From a virus (lineage: Duplodnaviria; Caudoviricetes), in IMG/VR virus record IMGVR_UViG_3300029288_003882, positions 19,913-83,912 of that record: DNA of 64,000 bases. One strand, 5' to 3'. Positions within the stretch are counted from its first letter, which is position 1; every line of letters starts with the position of its first letter. The notes below the pieces were generated by a model. The model did not search any database, had not been told where the DNA came from, and saw nothing but the letters and a program-made list of their open reading frames with translations. The translations under genes and the position numbers were made by a program. Positions 50,315 to 59,488 of the stretch are shown here, piece by piece.

Positions 50315-50882
50315 TGCAACAAACGATAGGTATGGTTTTGTATGATACGCATAAGGCTTCCCCGATACTCAAATCGAGTGGATATGAGATAAAAATAACC
50401 CGTCTTCCGTCTGGTGGGAAAATGCCAGAGTTAGTTCTTGAAACGTTTATCATTTATCGGACAAAAAAGAGAAATTATTTTGCGTATGTTTCTTGCCCAA
50501 AAAAGAAGATACGGGAAATATTACCATTGGACGATGACGATGTAACCCAACTTTTAATGCTCGAAAATCGTCCCGATCTGGTCGAACTTTATCTCGGAAG
50601 AAAAGTTCTCGAGGCATAAAAATGGTTCGGTTGCAATGGCGCTGGATGACATTTGCCGAAGATGAGACCAAGGTCGCTTGCGTTCAATGCCAAATAGTCT
50701 TCGCAAACGATACCGAGGCGATGTCCCACAAAACGTCCAATATGTCGCATCAAATCTTAAAAGTGGTGAATTCATACTTTGAATTTACATTATCGAACGT
50801 TGACAAAGACAAAGAGGAAATACCCCTAAAATGGGGCAAAAAAGATAACAGATGTCATCGTGGCAAGTTGACAGGAAAGTAA
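50314..50882 (+). CDS. Two hypothetical genes (50314-50619; 50622-50882)
   Basis: RBS-preceded ORFs. Confidence 0.55.
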
Positions 50883-51015
50883 TTCCTTGGATTGAGCTTG
50901 GATTTACCTACCTTATTCTGACGCATCCAATCCCAAAATATTGTAAATCCAGCGTTGTAATTACAATATCTTTATATAGCCCTATTGTATTTACTATATT
51001 GGAAGTGGTCAAATG
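50883..51015 (+). promoter_or_regulatory. Cassette promoter 4
   Basis: 22-bp repeat identical to 36257-36278; TGTA-N16-TACA (50942-50965); TTTATATA; leader TGGAAGTGGTCAAATG. Confidence 0.85.
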
Positions 51016-53028
51016 ACAAACACAAACAACAACAAAATCGGAAACGGAATTGTGGGCGTGTTCTTCAAGCGAATGTCTGATGGCAAGATGTTCAAGATCG
51101 AGCAAGTCAAGGAAATAAAATCACTTGATGACGACACAAAAACCGAAAAGATATATTATGCATGTGAGCCCGGAAATGAGACTGCAAAGTTCATAATCGA
51201 CGCATACACAATAAGCCAAGGAATGCTTTTCGAAAACGCAAGGATGGGCTAAAAATGACGAATGCAAAAGTTAGGCAAAAGATGACAATCGGGCAATACA
51301 AAGCGAAAATGATAACCGAATCTGACAGGAATTTCAAGATAGACCAAAAGATAGTTGCAAGAAAGAACTTGATTGCACAACTCGAGAATGAAATCCACGA
51401 ATTGGGCAAAAAAAAAGACCCACACATTTTCCAGAGATGCAATCAACACCGCAGAAAAGGGCAATGCGACAAGAATCGGAACGATTTTCATCGATATGCA
51501 TGACAGGCTCCCATCATTCCCAAAACATGTTTTTGAAGTCAACGGAATCTGGACCGAGTATTACGGCAAGAACATCGATGGCAACTTTGACAACCAAGCC
51601 GATTCGAACTTTGCATGGGGCTTTTACCCGATAAAGGACCGCAGTCACTACGACGACGAAAAGGAGGAGTAAAAAATGACAACGAACGTCCGCAAGAACG
51701 ACGCTGGAATATCTTTCGATTTCTCTGACGGAATGGGCGACAACCTGCGCTTAGTATCACGCAACGATGGAAAGATTTTCTTCGAAGCGAACACGGTAAC
51801 AATGAACAACGGAAGGGCAAAAAACAATCTCGTTTTGTTCGAAAATCTTGATAGGGAATTTTTGGGCAAGTTAAGGGAAACCTTGAACATCATAATAAAA
51901 GACCTTGACGAAAAGGAAAAGAAAAAGGCGCCCGCCAGTGGGCGTCTTTTTTACCACTATCACGGGTCAAGATTCGAAATACACCCGACGTGGAAGACCG
52001 TTATCACGTTCGAAGGTGAAATCGCCCTTTTGCACGCTGACGAACTTGTTAAAATTGGCGTTTTCGAAAGGAAGAACCACGGACCTGGAACATACGGCGC
52101 CGTTTCATACAAATATATCGGCTTTGCAGATTCTTTGGAGGCGCAATAATGTCCGACGTGATAACCTCCGATATGTCGCCTGCCGAAGCCATCTTGCGTT
52201 CCGTCGTCGCATTTGAACCCATTGATGAGAACACAATGACACAAATAAAGATTGCAACCTTCGAAAAGACGAACATGAAAAGCAACGGCGACGACGTTGT
52301 ATCCGCATTGATACAAAACGGGTATCTTTTCTACAACCTCGGAATATACACATCGAACAAAGATTCCAAGACAATCGCCCAAATCACCAGTTCCTTGAAA
52401 TCGGAGAGGATAATATAATGAACGACAAAGCAGAAGAAAAGAAGCGCATTGTCCAAGCGTTGCTTGATGTCAACGACAACGCGGTAATAAATGCGCTTCT
52501 TACAATCTATGCAAGACAAACGCAAGACGAACAACAATCGGAACGAACGATAGAAAACAACGCAATCGGATTTTCCGGTGTTGACGCTGAAATCTTGTCA
52601 TCGTTCGCAAGACAATACAACGAGCGTGGCTTTCTTACGTTTAAACAAATGGTGATCGCCCGCAAGAACATCAAGCGGTACTGGCGTCAAGTCATCGAAG
52701 CATACAACGGAAATTTATCGTCGATTACCGACGTTCCTAAGAAGAGGTGTTAAAGATGGGAAAATGTGTGATATGCAATCAGGAATTTGAAGGATACGGA
52801 CACAATGCCGAACCTTTGAAGACGGGCGCATGTTGCGGTTCTTGCAACGTGCAGGTAGTTCTTGAACGCTTGAAAATCGCCAAAGAAATGAAAGACAAGA
52901 TGAACAACGACGGGTGGTCATTCGTCATAAGTTGCGCTTGCGGATACAAGGCAAAGGGCAACAATGAAGACGAAGCGAACGAAGACTTGGAAAAGCATCA
53001 AGACAAAGAACACTCGTCACCATTTTAG
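51013..53028 (+). CDS. Cassette 4 genes (51013-51252; 51255-51672 frameshifted; 51676-52149; 52149-52418; 52418-52753; 52756-53028)
   Basis: Small coupled ORFs; 52418 and 52756 resemble recurrent phage hypotheticals. Confidence 0.7.
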
Positions 53029-53029
53029 G

Positions 53030-53150
53030 ATACGTTGCACCGACGCATAGCCAAGCGACCCTTTGACCAAGTCCCCGTCGTCATACGAAGACACAACGAC
53101 AGAACGACGACGGGGAAAGCGTTGCCTTGCGTCGGTGACGAACAACGTAT
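53030..53150 (+). ncRNA. Putative structured RNA (long three-stem hairpin)
   Basis: Nested stems ATACGTTG/CAACGTAT, CACCGACGCA/TGCGTCGGTG, TCCCCGTCGTC/GACGACGGGGA. Confidence 0.6.
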
Positions 53151-53178
53151 AAATACGCATATCAAGATTAACAAAATA

Positions 53179-53244
53179 GCAACATCGACGAAGTTCCGCA
53201 TTTGACCGCTTCCACTCTCTTTTGTAGTTCGTCGTCGATGTTGC
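53179..53244 (+). ncRNA. Putative antisense hairpin RNA / 5' leader targeting the cassette leaders
   Basis: 13-bp stem GCAACATCGACGA/TCGTCGATGTTGC; loop contains CATTTGACCGCTTCCA; TATAAATA at 53147-53154. Confidence 0.65.
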
Positions 53245-53270
53245 ACCCACTTTAAGGAGGTGAATAAAAA

Positions 53271-53417
53271 ATGACAGATGGCAGGTGTATGAAATGCAAG
53301 GAACAGGTCAAGATGAAAGACGAGAAGGAAGTTGAGATGAAGAACGGACGCATGATGATGAAAGGCAAATGCCCGAAATGCGGAACCGTCGTATGCAAGA
53401 TACTCGGAAAGAAATAG
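53271..53417 (+). CDS. DUF5679-like small basic Zn-ribbon protein (48 aa)
   Basis: Below the ORF-track cutoff: MTDGRCMKCKEQVKMKDEKEVEMKNGRMMMKGKCPKCGTVVCKILGKK; AAGGAGGTGA RBS. Confidence 0.8.
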   Translation: MTDGRCMKCKEQVKMKDEKEVEMKNGRMMMKGKCPKCGTVVCKILGKK

Positions 53418-53432
53418 TTCCAGATCAAGGAC

Positions 53433-53470
53433 GGGGACGAATTTTCAACGATTCGTCCCCACATCTTTTA
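53433..53470 (+). terminator. Hairpin terminator after the DUF5679-like gene
   Basis: 10-bp stem GGGGACGAAT/ATTCGTCCCC then CTTTT. Confidence 0.6.
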
Positions 53471-53480
53471 GGTGAAATTT

Positions 53481-54479
53481 ATGGTAATAAAAAGCGTTGC
53501 ACCGTTGCGTATATCTTTTGCAGGCGGGGGAACGGATGTACCGCCATTTCCAGAAAAGTATGGTGGGCTTGTCGTTAGTTGCACAATCGACAAATATGCC
53601 CACGTTTCGGTAAATAGCAGTTACGACGAAGATATAAAAATCGAGCCGCTCGATTATAACATCACGAAAAGATACAAAGTCAACCAGCATCTCGAATATA
53701 ATGGCGAACTCGATTTGGTAAAAGTTGTAATCAATCATTTTAAACCATTATCAGGCTTTGATTTGATAATGAAATCGGATGCGCCGCCAGGTTCAGGATT
53801 GGGTAGTTCTTCGGCGCTTATTGTCGCATTAATAGGCGCATTTGCCAAAATGACTAATAAGACTATGACGAACTATCAAGTGGCGCAATTGGCATACATT
53901 CTCGAACGACGACGGTTAAAAATATCAGGCGGCTATCAAGACCATTATTCTGCAACTTTTGGAGGATTCAATACCATAACGTTCTTCAAAGATAACATTG
54001 CAGTTATTCCTATGTCGATGTCGCAAGAATTAATTAAGACGATAGAACACAATTCGATTTTATGCTATACTGGTGGAACGAGAGTATCGGCTAATATCAT
54101 TGACGACCAAACGACGAACGTATTAAAGAAAGACGAAACAGTTATGGATGCATTGTGTGGCACCAAAAGGCTTGCGAACGAGTTGTCCGAAGCGTTGAAA
54201 CATTCCGATATTTCAAATTTTGGAAATATCTTGAATGAAGGATGGAAAATGAAACGCAAATTTTCCAAAAAGATGACGAACGACGACATAGATAAACTTT
54301 ATTCGACGGCGATCACCAACGGCGCATTGGGCGGAAAATTATTGGGTGCTGGAGGTGGTGGATATTTATTTTTCTATTGCGATTTTGGGAAGAAACAAAA
54401 CGTTATTGAAGCATTGAAATTGGCAGGTGGCAACGTCGTCGATTTTGAATTTGAACCCAACGGATTGAAGGTGATTTAA
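53481..54479 (+). CDS. hddA: D-glycero-alpha-D-manno-heptose-7-phosphate kinase (GHMP family)
   Basis: APLRISFAGGGTDV, PPGSGLGSSS, GGYQDHY, GGKLLGAGGGG; adjacent to gmhA. Confidence 0.9.
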   Translation: MVIKSVAPLRISFAGGGTDVPPFPEKYGGLVVSCTIDKYAHVSVNSSYDEDIKIEPLDYNITKRYKVNQHLEYNGELDLVKVVINHFKPLSGFDLIMKSDAPPGSGLGSSSALIVALIGAFAKMTNKTMTNYQVAQLAYILERRRLKISGGYQDHYSATFGGFNTITFFKDNIAVIPMSMSQELIKTIEHNSILCYTGGTRVSANIIDDQTTNVLKKDETVMDALCGTKRLANELSEALKHSDISNFGNILNEGWKMKRKFSKKMTNDDIDKLYSTAITNGALGGKLLGAGGGGYLFFYCDFGKKQNVIEALKLAGGNVVDFEFEPNGLKVI

Positions 54480-55072
54480 TGGCGGCTTTTGCAAGTTATA
54501 TTAATGAAATCAAAGAACGATTTAAGGAAAGCGCAAAGATTAAAAATGATATTGCAAAGGATGACGAACAACTTTTGGTATTAAATTCAATCGCAAACAT
54601 GATAATACGAGCATACAAGAACGACAACAAGATATTAATCTTTGGCAATGGTGGTTCCGCCGCTGACGCTCAACATATAGCCGCCGAACTCGTTTCTAAA
54701 TTCAAGATGAATAGAAAAGGGTTGCAAGCAATCGCATTAACGACCAACACATCGGTGATCACCGCGATAGGCAACGATTTTACATTTGACCAGATTTTCG
54801 ATAGACAAGTTGAGGCTTTTGCCAAAAGGGGCGATGTCGTCATCGGAATATCCACGAGCGGTGAATCTAACAACGTTATTTTAGGATTAATGAAAGCGGA
54901 TAAAATGGGTTGTTATACAATAGCATTCACCGGCAAAAAAGATAATAGAATTTCTATGTTTTCGGTTCTCACGTTTAATGTCCCGTCGAAAGATACGGCA
55001 CGAATTCAAGAAGCACACATTACCGCAGGTCATATCATCTGCGAAATTGTAGAACGAGAATTGTTCTCGTAA
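54479..55072 (+). CDS. gmhA: Phosphoheptose (sedoheptulose-7-phosphate) isomerase
   Basis: GNGGSAADAQHIAAEL, TAIGNDF, RQVEA, GISTSGES, RIQEAH. Confidence 0.95.
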   Translation: MAAFASYINEIKERFKESAKIKNDIAKDDEQLLVLNSIANMIIRAYKNDNKILIFGNGGSAADAQHIAAELVSKFKMNRKGLQAIALTTNTSVITAIGNDFTFDQIFDRQVEAFAKRGDVVIGISTSGESNNVILGLMKADKMGCYTIAFTGKKDNRISMFSVLTFNVPSKDTARIQEAHITAGHIICEIVERELFS

Positions 55073-55108
55073 GAGTTGGTAAATATGTGGAGGAGAAGCA
55101 TAAAAAAG

Positions 55109-55660
55109 ATGATCGTCGGCGTGGACGTTGACGGTGTTCTGCGTGATTTTTACGGGTCGCTTGAACGAACTTATTTAAAATATTACCACGACCACATCAT
55201 AAAAGATCCGCCATCTTTTCAATTGCATGAGTTGTACCCGATTGGGTACAAGATTTATGATTTTGCTTTTGAAGAACATGCAGGCGAAGTTTTAGGATTT
55301 GCCGATGCATATCGAAACGCCGAAGGCTTCATGCGTATGCTTCATAAATTCGCCGATATTGTTATCATCACATCACAACCTACAAAACGTGCCAAGGTCT
55401 TCACCTTTGCGTGGCTTCAACGTGCCGATATTTTGCAACATGTCGATAGTGTGGTCATTGTTCAAACGAACGGGCTATTAAAAAAACATCATATCGGCGT
55501 TAACTACATAATCGACGATTACCCACCAAACTTGATGGATTTCCCGCAATCTAAGGTTATAGTTTTCGATCAGGTCTGGAATAAAGGCTTAGAGTGGGGT
55601 AAACGTTGCTATTCATACGACGAAATACTCAAATATCTCCAAGGTCGCATGACGAAATAG
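55109..55660 (+). CDS. 5'(3')-deoxyribonucleotidase-like HAD phosphatase
   Basis: VGVDVDGVLRDF, IIITSQP, YIIDDYPPN, QVWN. Confidence 0.85.
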   Translation: MIVGVDVDGVLRDFYGSLERTYLKYYHDHIIKDPPSFQLHELYPIGYKIYDFAFEEHAGEVLGFADAYRNAEGFMRMLHKFADIVIITSQPTKRAKVFTFAWLQRADILQHVDSVVIVQTNGLLKKHHIGVNYIIDDYPPNLMDFPQSKVIVFDQVWNKGLEWGKRCYSYDEILKYLQGRMTK

Positions 55661-55692
55661 TTTATATAAACATTAATTGATTTTATGTCCCA

Positions 55693-57684
55693 ATGCTATT
55701 AAAGATTATTCAATCAAAAGAAATCCAGTCCTTGTTCACTTGTCAATACAATACCAATAAAGTAGTGGTGAACTTACTCAAAGGAGGCGAAGCGTTAAAA
55801 TGCCACTTGACAGTGAACGACGTTATACTCGGAAAATACGACCTTCTTTCTGCAACGTCGATACAAAAAGCATACAAGCAGTTTTCCCTTTCGTTCACTC
55901 AACATAAGGAAAAATTCAAAGACCAAAACGAATTTGTGGACTTGATGTTGCATGTTGGTCAGAAAATCCGCGACCAAGAATTTGAGCGTGAGCAAACAAT
56001 CATACAAAGACAACTTACCAAAGAAGCAAAAGAATTTTTATCTGCGCCTGATCTAATCGATAGGATGGATAATATCGAACGACGAACGACAAAAGACCCA
56101 CTCATCTATTGCGAGGAAGATTTATTGCTTTTCAATCTTGTTATTGTATCTTGCAAGACACCAAAACCAATAACTTACGAACATACTGGACCCACATCTT
56201 CAGGTAAAACTTTCCCCGCTGAACATGCGGTCAATGGATTTCCAAAAGAGATGATATTTGACCCCGCAGGCGTATCAGCAAAAGCCAACAAATACGATTA
56301 TGATTATCAAGACCCAGAAACTGGTGAATTCGTCAATAAGACTGGTGAAAAATGCATTTATTTCCGTGAAAAGGAAGATTCAATCGAAGCGGTGAAATTT
56401 TTTAAGCCAATGATGTCGCATGACAAAGATCGATTGATGTATAAAGTCACTGGGAAAAATCAATCGACGGGCACAATGGAAACCATAACCTATGTTTTGG
56501 ATGGTATCGCTTCTTTCATTTTACTTTCCGTTAAGCATATGGAGGACGAAGAAATGTCCTCCAGAACTATGAAAGGGTCGCCCACAATATCCAGAGAAAA
56601 AACCAACCTCGTTATAACATCGACGTTTGAAAGTGATGCAAAGAGGCAATTATGGAAATTACCAGCAGAATTACCAGTAATGCATGACGCAATGTTTTCC
56701 CTAAAAAAGCATGAAGCGATAAACATTTTTGGACCAATATTGGGCAAAATATTCCCAAAAGATGAGATGCGCCGTGCAAGAGACATGAATCGTTTGCGTG
56801 GGTTAATCCAAGCCTGTACCGTCTTGCATCAATACCAAAGATGTTATGAAATTATGGAAGACCAGCAGGTTTATTATTCATCACTCGAAGATAATATAAT
56901 TTCTTTGTTGCTTCTTGACAAGTTGCTCGAATCGACAATGCTCGGAATTCCAGCCACGACAATGAAGATTTATGAACTTATGAAAGATTTAGAGACACGA
57001 GATATACCTTTGACGTTGAATAATATCCACGAAAATTCAGACGCAATAGGTTACCATCAAACGATGGATACTTTAAAGGATGTGCATCTTGATACTCTTG
57101 AAAATCACCGATTGATAAAGATAAAAGTAAAAGCGACCCGATCAAAGGAAAGGTCGTATGCGATTAATCAACGCTTCGAAGACATCACAAAGGTTCCAAA
57201 ATTGACGCCGTTGTTTATCGAAGAGTTGCAACTATGCTATAAAAAAATAATCGAAGAACAAAAGGAGGCATTTTCGGTAATGAAGTTGCCTGAAGTATCT
57301 TTGCCTAAGAACACTATACAACATAAGACGAACGACGAACACATAAAGGACGTTATCAAGCATATGTTTGGCTTTAATTACTTCGATGCATCGACAGAAG
57401 GAAACGTCTTGTGGAAGATATGCTTAAAAGAAATGCGGGACTTGATGTTTTCGCGGCACGTCTTAGATCAACCCGCAATCGATACAACCGAAGAGAAAGA
57501 AATCATCGAACGAAAAGATAAAGCGATAAATGAAATCAAGACTGGACAATCCGCAAGAGAATGGCATCGTGAAATAACCCCAGTTGACGAAGCGTTATAC
57601 CAAGAATACGTGCAACAACAAAAAGAAAAACGCAAGATTTTGGAATCAGGTGGTGATGACGACGATAAATTCTCTGGTTCATGA
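55693..57684 (+). CDS. Divergent MCM-like AAA+ ATPase (putative replicative helicase)
   Basis: TGPTSSGKT (Walker A), VSAKANKY, CIYFRE, EMSSR (Arg finger-like), RRARDMNRLRGLIQA lid. Confidence 0.65.
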   Translation: MLLKIIQSKEIQSLFTCQYNTNKVVVNLLKGGEALKCHLTVNDVILGKYDLLSATSIQKAYKQFSLSFTQHKEKFKDQNEFVDLMLHVGQKIRDQEFEREQTIIQRQLTKEAKEFLSAPDLIDRMDNIERRTTKDPLIYCEEDLLLFNLVIVSCKTPKPITYEHTGPTSSGKTFPAEHAVNGFPKEMIFDPAGVSAKANKYDYDYQDPETGEFVNKTGEKCIYFREKEDSIEAVKFFKPMMSHDKDRLMYKVTGKNQSTGTMETITYVLDGIASFILLSVKHMEDEEMSSRTMKGSPTISREKTNLVITSTFESDAKRQLWKLPAELPVMHDAMFSLKKHEAINIFGPILGKIFPKDEMRRARDMNRLRGLIQACTVLHQYQRCYEIMEDQQVYYSSLEDNIISLLLLDKLLESTMLGIPATTMKIYELMKDLETRDIPLTLNNIHENSDAIGYHQTMDTLKDVHLDTLENHRLIKIKVKATRSKERSYAINQRFEDITKVPKLTPLFIEELQLCYKKIIEEQKEAFSVMKLPEVSLPKNTIQHKTNDEHIKDVIKHMFGFNYFDASTEGNVLWKICLKEMRDLMFSRHVLDQPAIDTTEEKEIIERKDKAINEIKTGQSAREWHREITPVDEALYQEYVQQQKEKRKILESGGDDDDKFSGS

Positions 57685-57856
57685 TTTGTGTCCGAAATGT
57701 GGAAGAAAAAGGCACCACGGATTTGAACAATGTGGCGATCTATTTTTCGACGTTGAAATACCTATAAAATTACCATTTATTTTACGTTGTGCAAGTTGCA
57801 ATATCAAGATACATATTACCAAGTTTAAAGACAACGGTCTATTATCAAAAATATAA
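57656..57856 (+). CDS. Small Zn-finger protein
   Basis: CPKCG..CG..CASC. Confidence 0.45.
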   Translation: MTTINSLVHDLCPKCGRKRHHGFEQCGDLFFDVEIPIKLPFILRCASCNIKIHITKFKDNGLLSKI

Positions 57857-57912
57857 ATACTCTTATAATGATTAATCTTTGAAATGACATTAAAAATTTC
57901 CGTGGTGAAAAT

Positions 57913-58071
57913 ATGCCTGGCGAACTAATAGCAATCAACAAAGTCCACGAATTGGGCGGCTCCTTAGCAGTCACTTTGCCCAATATTTGGGTAGAGGAAA
58001 ACGGCGTCAAGAAGGGCGACCAACTTAAAATTTATAAGCGCAACAATGCGCTCATAATAGAAAAGGCATAA
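57913..58071 (+). CDS. AbrB/MazE-like DNA-binding protein (52 aa)
   Basis: Hand-translated KVHELGGSLAVTLPNIWVEENGVKKGDQL; swapped-hairpin signature. Confidence 0.85.
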   Translation: MPGELIAINKVHELGGSLAVTLPNIWVEENGVKKGDQLKIYKRNNALIIEKA

Positions 58072-58092
58072 AGAAAAACAGAAGGTGTAAAT

Positions 58093-59478
58093 TTGGTAAA
58101 AGCAGCGACGACACAACAGGCGGGAATTCGGGGCGCAAAGCTGCACCCCGATGCAGAAAAACTTCTCAAGCGCCATATAGAATACGTTGAGAAGTCTGGG
58201 CTTTGCACAAAGGAAGACTTGATGGAAATGTTCTATCAAGTATGGGAGGCTGGCGATAATTTCGCTGAGCAACTCATAAAGCGCGGATACAACGATGTCA
58301 AGGCACAAATGTATGCCATCGATTCGGTGAAAGCGCAACTTGGACGGAAGATCATACGACCAAAGTATAACGTCGTTTTCCGCCCGACGAATGTCCGCCA
58401 CGAGACGCAAAAGGACGAGAAGATACCCACAAAGACGAAACATTCCGTTTTTGCGTTCGGGCAAGGCTTCGTCATCAACCCGAAGAACAACAACCGCACC
58501 GATGAGAAGTTCATCGAAGTATCGGCATGGGACGCCGATGCACAAAAGTTGGACGACATTTCACTCGGAAATACCTACGAGTTCGAAGCGTCAACATCGA
58601 ACATAACCGCCCCAATCATCAACATGACCGTGGACGATAGATGCAAAGGAGCGGCACTTTCGGAACAGGTATTGAGCGACATCGAAAAGCTCATGACCAA
58701 GAATTACGACATCACCCCAATCAGCGAGGCTGGTAACAACAAGTCAAACGGCAGGAACGATTACCGGCTGGTTGAAGGCAGGATAAACTTCATAACATTC
58801 CCAAAGGGCAAGAATTACGCCAAGCTCGAACTTACGGATACCTCCGTGGGTCTTGACGATCTGGAAAAGAAGAAAAACCAGGCGAACTTGGCTTGCCTGT
58901 GCAACAAGGAAACCGTATCACACATCGGCAAGGATTCGGTCGTTCGCATACTCGGAAACATCAACGTCAAGGAAGATGAGACATACGGCACGCAAGTCAC
59001 TCTTTTCTTCCCACCCATGATTTATCCGATGTTGCTTACGCCTCCCGAGGTCGTGGACGAGAAGCCTGCAAGCGACGATACCGAGGACGCATCGGACTAT
59101 TTCTCGAAGAAGGCGGCGAAGGAAAAGGAAGATTCAAACAAGTATTTCAAAGAAGAAAAGACCGACGAACCTCCTGCAAAGGTCGAAGCGCCAGAGGAAA
59201 CGCCTGAAGTTGTCGAAGAGGCTCCTGCCGAGGTCGAAGAGGAAGCAACGGACCCAGATGAAACGGTCGACCTTGCAAAACCCGAACCCGTCAAGAAGAC
59301 ACCGACAAAGGCTGGAAAGTCTGCGCCTGCGAAGAAAGACGACATCGATGCCGACATAAAAAACCACCCGTGCTTCAAATCGGGAGATTTCGGTCACCCG
59401 AACGTCAAGGATACCGGGTGCATCGAGTGCTCAAAAAGCGAACCGAAGATATACGCGGCTTGCACCAAAAAGAAGTAG
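58093..59478 (+). CDS. OB-fold ssDNA-binding protein (RPA-like) with acidic linker and C-terminal Cys cluster
   Basis: IEVSAWDADA..LGNTYEF and LELTDTS..VRILGNINV OB-like segments. Confidence 0.65.
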   Translation: MVKAATTQQAGIRGAKLHPDAEKLLKRHIEYVEKSGLCTKEDLMEMFYQVWEAGDNFAEQLIKRGYNDVKAQMYAIDSVKAQLGRKIIRPKYNVVFRPTNVRHETQKDEKIPTKTKHSVFAFGQGFVINPKNNNRTDEKFIEVSAWDADAQKLDDISLGNTYEFEASTSNITAPIINMTVDDRCKGAALSEQVLSDIEKLMTKNYDITPISEAGNNKSNGRNDYRLVEGRINFITFPKGKNYAKLELTDTSVGLDDLEKKKNQANLACLCNKETVSHIGKDSVVRILGNINVKEDETYGTQVTLFFPPMIYPMLLTPPEVVDEKPASDDTEDASDYFSKKAAKEKEDSNKYFKEEKTDEPPAKVEAPEETPEVVEEAPAEVEEEATDPDETVDLAKPEPVKKTPTKAGKSAPAKKDDIDADIKNHPCFKSGDFGHPNVKDTGCIECSKSEPKIYAACTKKK

Positions 59479-59488
59479 GTGAGGAAAA

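Noticed and set aside
53017-53250. Minus-strand ORFs across the structured RNA region
   Set aside because: No RBS or upstream promoter, no recognisable protein features; the nested stems are better explained as RNA/DNA structure.
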